NCBI GenBank assembly: GCA_964016885.1
Contig: OZ024740.1
Location: forward strand, 389,670,001 to 389,734,000
Origin: Eledone cirrhosa
Lineage: Eukaryota
Direction of reading: 5' to 3'
Length of the DNA: 64,000 nucleotides
The notes beneath the pieces are model-generated. The model saw only the letters and a program-made list of their open reading frames with translations. It was not told the origin of the DNA and ran no database searches. Every line of letters begins with the position of its first letter. Positions within the stretch are counted from its first letter, which is position 1. The position numbers and the translations under genes are program-made. Shown one piece after another: positions 55,111 through 64,000 of the stretch.

Positions 55111-57880
55111 CGCAGTTAGAACCTCTATTTATTCATGTTCTGTGGGAGTTAGAACCTCTATTTATTCATGTTCTGTCGGAGTTAGAACCTCTGTTTATTC
55201 ATGTTCTTTCGGAGTTAGAACCTCTATTTATTCGTGTTCTGTCGGAGTTAGAACCTCTATTTATTCATGTTCTGTCGGAGTTAGAACATGTATTTATTCA
55301 TGTTCTGTCGCAGTTAGAACCTCTATTTATTCATGTTCTGTCGGAGTTAGAACCTCTATTTATTCATGTTCTGCCGCAGTTAGAACCACTTGTCGGAGTT
55401 AGAACCTCTATTTATTCATGTTCTGCCGCAGTTAGAACCTCTTGTCGGAGTTAGAACCTCTGTATATTCATGTTTCTCGGAGTTAGAACGTCTGTTTATT
55501 CATGTTCTTTCGGAGTTAGAACCTCTATTTATTCATGTTCTTGTCGGAGTTAGAACCTCTAATTATTCATGTTCTGTCGGAGTTAGAACTTCTATTTATT
55601 CGTGTTCTGTCGGAGTTAGAACCTCTTTACATTCATGTTCTTTCGGAGTTAGAACCTCTATTTATTCATGTTCTGTCGGAGTTAGAACCTCTATTTATTC
55701 ATGTTCTGTCGGAGTTAGAACCGCTATTTATTCATGTTATGTCGGAGTTAGAACCTTTATTTATTCATGTTCTGTCGCAGTTAGAACCTCTATTTATTCA
55801 TGTTCTGTGGGAGTTAGAACCTCTATTTATTCATGTTCTGTCGGAGTTAGAACCTCTATTTATTCATGTTCTGTCGCAGTTAGAACCTCTATTTATTCAT
55901 GTTCTGTCGGAGTTAGAACCTCTGTTTATTCATGTTCTGTCGGAGTGAGAACCTCTATTTATTCATGTTTGTCGGAGTTAGAACCTTATTTTTTCATGTT
56001 CTGTCGGAGTTAGAACCTCTGTTTATTCATGTTCTGTCGGAGTTAGAACCTCCGTTTATTCATGTTCTTTCGGAGTTAGAACGTCTGTTTATTCATGTTC
56101 TGTCGCAGTTAGAACCTCTGTTTATTCATGTTCTGTCGGAGTCAGAACCTCTATTTATTCAGGTTCTGTCGGAGTTAGAACCTCTATTTATTCATGTTCT
56201 GTCGGAGTTAATAAAATGTATTTATTCATGTTCTGTCGCAGTTAGAACCTCTATTTATTCATGTTCTGTCGGAGTCAGAACCTCTATTTATTCATGTTCT
56301 GTCGGAGTTAGAAACTCTGTTTATTCATGTTCTGTCGGAGTCAGAACCTCTGTTTATTCATGTTCTGTCGCAGTTAGAACCTCGATTTATTCATGTTCTG
56401 TCGGAGTTAGAACCTCGATTTATTCATGTTCTGTCGGAGTTAGAACCTCTGTTTATTCATGTTCTGTCGGAGTCAGAAGCTCTATTTATTCATGTTCTGT
56501 CGGAGTTAGAACCTCTGTTTATTCATGTTCTGTCGCAGTTAGAACCTCTATTTATTCATGTTCTGTGGGAGTTAGAACCTCTATTTATTCATGTTCTGTC
56601 GGAGTTAGAACCTCTGTTTATTCATGTTCTTTCGGAGTTAGAACCTCTATTTATTCGTGTTCTGTCGGAGTTAGAACCTCTATTTATTCATGTTCTGTCG
56701 GAGTTAGAACATGTATTTATTCATGTTCTGTCGCAGTTAGAACCTCTATTTATTCATGTTCTGTCGGAGTCAGAACCTCTATTTATTCATGTTCTGTCGG
56801 AGTTAGAAACTCTGTTTATTCATGTTCTGTCGCAGTTAGAACCTCTATTTATTCGTGTTCTGTCGCAGTTAGAACCTCTTGTCGGAGTCAGAACCTCTAT
56901 TTATTCATGTTCTGTCGGAGTTAGAACCTCTATTTATTCATGTTCTGTCGGAGTTAGAACCTCTATTTATTCATGTTCTGTCGGAGTTAGAACCTCTGTT
57001 TATTCATGTTCTGTCGCAGTTAGAACCTCTATTTATTCATGTTTTGTGGGAGTTAAAAGCTCTATTTATTCATGTTCTGTCGGAGTTAGAACCTCTATTT
57101 ATTCATGTTATGTCGGAGATAGTACCTCTGTTTATTCATGTTCCTTCGGAATTAGAACCTCTGTTTATTCATGTTCTTTCGGAGTTAGAACGTCTGTTTA
57201 TTCATGTTCCTTCGGAGTTAGAACCTCTATTTGTTCATGTTCTGCCGCAGTTAGAACCTCTTGTCGGAGTTGGAACCTCTATACATTCATGTTCTTTCGG
57301 AGTTAGAACCTCTATTTATTCATGTTCTGTCGGAGTTAGAACCTCTGTTTATTCATGTTCTGTCGAAGTTAGAACTTCTGTTTATTCATGTTCTGTCGGA
57401 GTCAGAACCTTATTTTTTCATGTTCTGTCGCAGTTAGAATCTCTTGTCGGAGTTAGAACCTCTATTTATTCATGTTCTGTCGGAGTTAGAACCGCTGTTT
57501 ATTCATGTTCTGTCGGAATCAGAACCTCTATTTATTAATGTTCCGTCGGAGTTAGAACCTCTGTTTATTCATGTTCCGTCGGAGTCAGAAGCTCTATTTA
57601 TTCATGTTCTGTCGGAGTTAGAACCTCTGTTTATTCATGTTCTGTCGCAGTTAGAACCTCTATTTATTCATGTTCTGTGGGAGTTAGAACCTCTATTTAT
57701 TCATGTTCTGTCGGAGTTAGAACCTCTGTTTATTCATGTTCTTTCGGAGTTAGAACCTCTATTTATTCGTGTTCTGTCGGAGTTAGAACCTCTATTTATT
57801 CATGTTCTGTCGGAGTTAGAACATGTATTTATTCATGTTCTGTCGCAGTTAGAACCTCTATTTATTCATGTTCTGTCGGA
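52830..57880. repeat. Overlapping tandem 2535-bp duplication
   Basis: 52855/55390, 53397/55932, 54344/56879, 54909/57444. Confidence 0.9.
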
Positions 57881-58750
57881 GTCAGAACCTCTATTTATTC
57901 ATGTTCTGTCGGAGTTAGAAACTCTGTTTATTCATGTTCTGTCGCAGTTAGAACCTCTATTTATTCGTGTTCTGTCGCAGTTAGAACCTCTTGTCGGAGT
58001 CAGAACCTCTATTTATTCATGTTCTGTCGGAGTTAGAACCTCTATTTATTCATGTTCTGTCGGAGTTAGAACCTCTATTTATTCATGTTCTGTCGGAGTT
58101 AGAACCTCTGTTTATTCATGTTCTGTCGCAGTTAGAACCTCTATTTATTCATGTTTTGTGGGAGTTAAAAGCTCTATTTATTCATGTTCTGTCGGAGTTA
58201 GAACCTCTATTTATTCATGTTATGTCGGAGATAGTACCTCTGTTTATTCATGTTCCTTCGGAATTAGAACCTCTGTTTATTCATGTTCTTTCGGAGTTAG
58301 AACGTCTGTTTATTCATGTTCCTTCGGAGTTAGAACCTCTATTTGTTCATGTTCTGCCGCAGTTAGAACCTCTTGTCGGAGTTGGAACCTCTATACATTC
58401 ATGTTCTTTCGGAGTTAGAACCTCTATTTATTCATGTTCTGTCGGAGTTAGAACCTCTGTTTATTCATGTTCTGTCGAAGTTAGAACTTCTGTTTATTCA
58501 TGTTCTGTCGGAGTCAGAACCTTATTTTTTCATGTTCTGTCGCAGTTAGAATCTCTTGTCGGAGTTAGAACCTCTATTTATTCATGTTCTGTCGGAGTTA
58601 GAACCGCTGTTTATTCATGTTCTGTCGGAATCAGAACCTCTATTTATTAATGTTCCGTCGGAGTTAGAACCTCTGTTTATTCATGTTCCGTCGGAGTCAG
58701 AAGCTCTATTTATTCATGTTCTGTCGGAGTTAGAACCTCTGTTTATTCAT
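56470..58750. repeat. Tandem 1112-bp duplication
   Basis: 56879/57991, 57444/58556; AGAACATGT at 56706/57818. Confidence 0.88.
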
Positions 58751-59019
58751 GTTCTGTCGGAGACAGAACCTCTATTTATTCATGTTCTGTCAGAGTTAGA
58801 ACCTCTATTTATTCATGTTCTGTCGGAATTAGAACCTCTATTTATTCATGTTCTGTCGGAGTCAGAACCTCTATTTATTCATGTTCTGTCGGAGTTAGAA
58901 ACTCTGTTTATTCATGTTCTGTCGGAGTTAGAACCTCTGTTTATTCATGTTCTGTCGCAGTTAGAACCTCTATTTATTCATGTTCTGTGGTATTTAGAAC
59001 CTATATTTATTCATGTTCT

Positions 59020-62000
59020 GTCGGAGTTAGAACCTCTGTTTATTCATGTTCTGTCGGAGTTAGAACCTCTGTTTATTCATGTTATGTCGGAGTTAGAACC
59101 TCTATTTATTCATGTTCTTTCGGAGTTAGAACCTCTTGTCGGAGTTAGAACCTCTGTTTATTCATGTTTCTCGGAGTTAGAACCTTTGTTTATTCATGTT
59201 CTTTCGGAGTTAGAACCTCTGTTTATTCATGTTCTTTCGGAGTTAGAACCTCTGTTTATTCATGTTCTTTCGGAGTTAGAACCTCTATTTATTCATGTTC
59301 TGCCGCAGTTAGAACCACTTGTCGGAGTTAGAACCTCTATTTATTAATGTTCTGTCGGAGTTAGAACCTCTGTATATTCATGTTTCTCGGAGTTAGAACG
59401 TCTGTTTATTCATGTTCTTTCGGAGTTAGAACCTCTATTTATTCATGTTCTGTGGGATTTAGAACCTCTATTTATTCATGTTCTGTCGGAGTTAGAACCT
59501 CTATTTATTCATGTTCTGTCGGAGTTAGAACCTCCGTTTATTCATGTTCTTTCGGAGTTAGAACGTCTGTTTATTCATGTTCTGTCGCAGTTAGAAACTC
59601 TATTTATTCATGTTATGTCGCAGTTAGAACCTCTATTTATTCATGTTCTATCGGAGTGAGAACCTCTATTTATTCATGTTCTGTCGGAGTTAGAACCTCC
59701 GTTTATTCATGTTCTTTCGGAGTTAGAACGTCTGTTTATTCATGTTCTGTCGCAGTTAGAAACTCTATTTATTCATGTTCTGTGGGAGTTAGAACGTCTA
59801 TTTATTCATGTTTTGTCGAAGTTAGAACCTCTGTTTATTCATGTTCTGTCGGAGTCAGAACCTCTATTTATTCAGGTTCTGTCGGAGTTAGAACCTCTAT
59901 TTATTCATCTTCTGTCGGAGTTAATAAAATGTATTTATTCATGTTCTGTCGCAGTTAGAACCTCTATTTATTCATGTTCTGTCGGAGTCAGAACCTCTAT
60001 TTATTCATGTTCTGTCGGAGTTAGAAACTCTGTTTATTCATGTTCTGTCGGAGTCAGAACCTCTGTTTATTCATGTTCTGTCGCAGTTAGAACCTCTATT
60101 TATTCATGTTCTGTCGGAGTTAGAACCTCGATTTATTCATGTTCTGTCGGAGTTAGAACCTCTGTTTATTCATGTTCTGTCGGAGTCAGAAGCTCTATTT
60201 ATTCATGTTCTGTCGGAGTTAGAACCTCTGTTTATTCATGTTCTGTCGCAGTTAGAACCTCTATTTATTCATGTTCTGTGGGAGTTAGAACCTCTATTTA
60301 TTCGTGTTCTGTCGGAGTTAGAACCTCTGTTTATGCATGTTCTTTCGGAGTTAGAACCTCTATTTATTCGTGTTCTGTCGGAGTTAGAACCTCTATTTAT
60401 TCATGTTCTGTCGGAGTTAGAACATGTATTTACTCATGTTCTGTCGCAGTTAGAACCTCTATTTATTCATGTTCTGTCGGAGTCAGAACCTCTATTTATT
60501 CATGTTCTGTCGGAGTTAGAAACTCTGTTTATTCATGTTCTGTCGGAGTCAGAACCTCTGTTTATTCATGTTCTGTCGCAGTTAGAACCTCTATTTATTC
60601 ATGTTCTGTCGGAGTTAGAACCTCGATTTATTCATGTTCTGTCGGAGTTAGAACCTCTGTTTATTCATGTTCTGTCAGAGCCAGAAGCTCTATTTATTCA
60701 TGTTCTGTCGGAGTTAGAACCTCTGTTTATTCATGTTCTGTCACAGTTAGAATCTCTATTTATTCATGTTCTGTGCGAGTTAGAACCTCTATTTATTCAT
60801 GTTCTGTCGGAGTTAGAACCTCTGTTTATTCATGTTCTTTCGGAGTTAGAACCTCTATTTATTCGTGTTCTGTCGCAGTTAGAACCTCTTGTCGGAGTCA
60901 GAACCTCTATTTATTCATGTTCTGACGGAGTTAGAACCTCTATTTATTCATGTTCTGTCGGAGTTAGAACCTCTGTTTATTCATGTTCTGTCGGAGTTAG
61001 AACCTCTGTTTATTCATGTTATGTCGGAGTTAGAACCTCTATTTATTCATGTTCTTTCGGAGTTAGAACCTCTTGTCGGAGTTAGAACCTCTGTTTATTC
61101 ATGTTTCTCGGAGTTAGAACCTTTGTTTATTCATGTTCTTTCGGAGTTAGAACCTCTGTTTATTCATGTTCTTTCGGAGTTAGAACCTCTGTTTATTCAT
61201 GTTCTTTCGGAGTTAGAACCTCTATTTATTCATGTTCTGCCGCAGTTAGAACCACTTGTCGGAGTTAGAACCTCTATTTATTAATGTTCTGTCGGAGTTA
61301 GAACCTCTGTATATTCATGTTTCTCGGAGTTAGAACGTCTGTTTATTCATGTTCTTTCGGAGTTAGAACCTCTATTTATTCATGTTCTGTGGGAGTTAGA
61401 ACCTCTATTTATTCATGTTCTGTCGGAGTTAGAACCTCTATTTATTCATGTTCTGTCGGAGTTAGAACCTCCGTTTATTCATGTTCTTTCGGAGTTAGAA
61501 CGTCTGTTTATTCATGTTCTGTCGCAGTTAGAAACTCTATTTATTCATGTTATGTCGCAGTTAGAACCTCTATTTATTCATGTTCTATCGGAGTGAGAAC
61601 CTCTATTTATTCATGTTCTGTCGGAGTTAGAACCTCCGTTTATTCATGTTCTTTCGGAGTTAGAACGTCTGTTTATTCATGTTCTGTCGCAGTTAGAAAC
61701 TCTATTTATTCATGTTCTGTGGGAGTTAGAACGTCTATTTATTCATGTTTTGTCGAAGTTAGAACCTCTGTTTATTCATGTTCTGTCGGAGTCAGAACCT
61801 CTATTTATTCAGGTTCTGTCGGAGTTAGAACCTCTATTTATTCATCTTCTGTCGGAGTTAATAAAATGTATTTATTCATGTTCTGTCGCAGTTAGAACCT
61901 CTATTTATTCATGTTCTGTCGGAGTCAGAACCTCTATTTATTCATGTTCTGTCGGAGTTAGAAACTCTGTTTATTCATGTTCTGTCGGAGTCAGAACCTC

Positions 62001-62850
62001 TGTTTATTCATGTTCTGTCGCAGTTAGAACCTCTATTTATTCATGTTCTGTCGGAGTTAGAACCTCGATTTATTCATGTTCTGTCGGAGTTAGAACCTCT
62101 GTTTATTCATGTTCTGTCGCAGTTAGAACCTCTATTTATTCATGTTCTGTGGGAGTTAGAACCTCTATTTATTCGTGTTCTGTCGGAGTTAGAACCTCTG
62201 TTTATGCATGTTCTTTCGGAGTTAGAACCTCTATTTATTCGTGTTCTGTCGGAGTTAGAACCTCTATTTATTCATGTTCTGTCGGAGTTAGAACATGTAT
62301 TTACTCATGTTCTGTCGCAGTTAGAACCTCTATTTATTCATGTTCTGTCGGAGTCAGAACCTCTATTTATTCATGTTCTGTCGGAGTTAGAAACTCTGTT
62401 TATTCATGTTCTGTCGGAGTCAGAACCTCTGTTTATTCATGTTCTGTCGCAGTTAGAACCTCTATTTATTCATGTTCTGTCGGAGTTAGAACCTCGATTT
62501 ATTCATGTTCTGTCGGAGTTAGAACCTCTGTTTATTCATGTTCTGTCAGAGCCAGAAGCTCTATTTATTCATGTTCTGTCGGAGTTAGAACCTCTGTTTA
62601 TTCATGTTCTGTCACAGTTAGAATCTCTATTTATTCATGTTCTGTGCGAGTTAGAACCTCTATTTATTCATGTTCTGTCGGAGTTAGAACCTCTGTTTAT
62701 TCATGTTCTTTCGGAGTTAGAACCTCTATTTATTCGTGTTCTGTCGCAGTTAGAACCTCTTGTCGGAGTCAGAACCTCTATTTATTCATGTTCTGACGGA
62801 GTTAGAACCTCTATTTATTCATGTTCTGTCGGAGTTAGAACCTCTATTTA
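59020..62850. repeat. Tandem 1937-bp duplication (second copy lacks two monomers, offset then 1871)
   Basis: 59380/61317 and 59813/61750 (1937); 60333/62204 and 60889/62760 (1871). Confidence 0.9.
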
Positions 62851-64000
62851 TTCATGTTCTGTCGGAGTTAGAACCTCTGTTTATTCATGTTCTGTCGCAG
62901 TTAGAACCTCTATTTATTCATGTTTTGTGGGAGTTAAAACCTCTATTTATTCATGTTCTGTCGGAGTTAGAACCTCTATTTATTCATGTTCTGTCGGAGA
63001 TAGAACCTGTGTTTATTCATGTTCCTTCGGAGTTAGAACCTCTGTTTATTCATGTTCTTTCGGAGTTAGAACCTCTGTTTATTCATGTTCTTTCGGAGTT
63101 AGAACCTCTATTTATTCATGTTCTGCCGCAGTTAGAACCTCTTGTCGGAGTTAGAACCTCTGTTTATTCATGTTTCTCAGAGTTAGAACCTCTGTTTATT
63201 CATGTTCTTTCGGAGTTAGAACCTCTATTTATTCATGTTCTGTCGCAGTTAGAACCTCTTGTTGGAGTTAGAACCTCTAATTATTCATGTTCTGTCGGAG
63301 TTAGAACTTCTATTTATTCGTGTTCTGTCGGAGTTAGAACCTCTATACATTCATGTTCTTTCGGAGTTAGAACCTCTATTTATTCATGTTCTGTCGGAGT
63401 TAGAACCTCTGTTTATTCATGTTCTGTCGAAGTTAGAACTTCTGTTTATTCATGTTCTGTCGGAGTCAGAACCTTATTTTTTCATGTTCTGTCGCAGTTA
63501 GAATCTCTTGTCGGAGTTAGAACCTCTATTTATTCATGTTCTGTCGGAGTTAGAACCGCTGTTTATTCATGTTCTGTCGGAATCAGAACCTCTATTTATT
63601 AATGTTCCGTCGGAGTTAGAACCGCTGTTTATTCATGTTCTGTCGGAATCAGAACCTCTATTTATTCATGTTCTGTCGGAGTTAGAACCTCTGTCTATTC
63701 ATGTTCTGTCGCAGTTAGAACCTCTATTTATTCATGTTCTGTGGGAGTTAGAAACTCTCTTTATTCATGTTCTGTCGGAGTTAGAACCTCTGTTTATTCA
63801 TGTTCCGTCGGAGTCAGAAGCTCTATTTATTCATGTTCTTTCGGAGTTAGAACCTCTATTTATTCATGTTCTGTCGGAGTTATTACCGCTGTTTATTCAT
63901 GTTCTGTCGGAATCAGAACCTCTATTTATTCATGTTCTGTCGGAGTTAGAACCTCTATTTATTCATGTTCTGTCGGAGTTAGAACCTCTGTTTATTCATG

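Larger units (their letters stand above)
1..64000. repeat. 33-bp tandem satellite array, consensus GTCGGAGTYAGAACCTCTRTTTATTCATGTTCT, single orientation, extends past both window edges
   Basis: The motif recurs every 33 bp (unit starts at 167, 200, 233...) from the first to the last base. No unique intervening DNA and no reverse-complement units were seen. The ORF track shows only 11-aa periodic translations. Confidence 0.99.

Noticed and set aside
739-63602. Numerous long + strand ORFs (up to 786 aa) of (SELEPLFIHVL)n / (VGVRTSIYSCS)n
   Set aside because: These follow from a 33-bp unit with two stop-free frames. ORFs overlap in two frames, mostly start at TTG created by the 19-mer junction, shift frame at every length variant, and have no unique domains, termini or evident synonymous bias.
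1-64000. CRISPR array (repeat length 33 bp with weak dyad symmetry)
   Set aside because: Units are directly head-to-tail with no unique spacers, leader or cas genes.
1-64000. Telomerase-synthesised repeat (contains GTTAG, resembling insect TTAGG; 19-mer could mimic template misalignment)
   Set aside because: No G-rich strand (6 G, 6 C per unit), and variants are inherited in kb-scale duplicated blocks, which indicates recombinational copying rather than synthesis from one RNA template.
1-64000. Variant order as an information-bearing code or antigenic-variation/diversity-generating cassette system
   Set aside because: The variant patterns are explained by nested duplication. No recombinase, reverse transcriptase, expression site or unique flanks are present.
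1-64000. Helical or nucleosome phasing (33 bp ~3 turns, 5 units = 165 bp)
   Set aside because: No phased A-tracts of 4 bp or more in the consensus and no consistent 5-6-monomer periodicity seen among variants; purely numerical coincidence without data.

Overview
All 64 kb belong to one uninterrupted, head-to-tail satellite/minisatellite array with no strand switch. The 33-bp consensus monomer is GTCGGAGT(T/C)AGAACCTCT(A/G)TTTATTCATGTTCT (~36% GC; + strand 14 T vs 7 A), roughly 2,000 units by estimate, and the array is open at both window ends. A recurrent 19-bp truncated monomer and rarer 32- and 34-bp monomers punctuate it. Variant monomers form nested, irregular higher-order duplications (117, 250, 353, 480, 910, 1112, 1399, 1677, 1937, 2535, ~2800, 3171, 3583, ~5450 bp, plus blocks copied 15-27 kb apart). 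A more homogeneous left domain (~1-47 kb) gives way to a more diverged right domain (~47-64 kb). The ORF track is an artefact: 33 is divisible by 3 and two + strand frames lack stops (SELEPLFIHVL / VGVRTSIYSCS). I found no supportable gene, RNA gene, transposon, CRISPR array or unique sequence, and no evidence of a novel gene system. What is interesting is the array architecture and a few variants that look like hairpin-templated mutations. The source is probably eukaryotic (inference); I cannot name the organism or satellite family.
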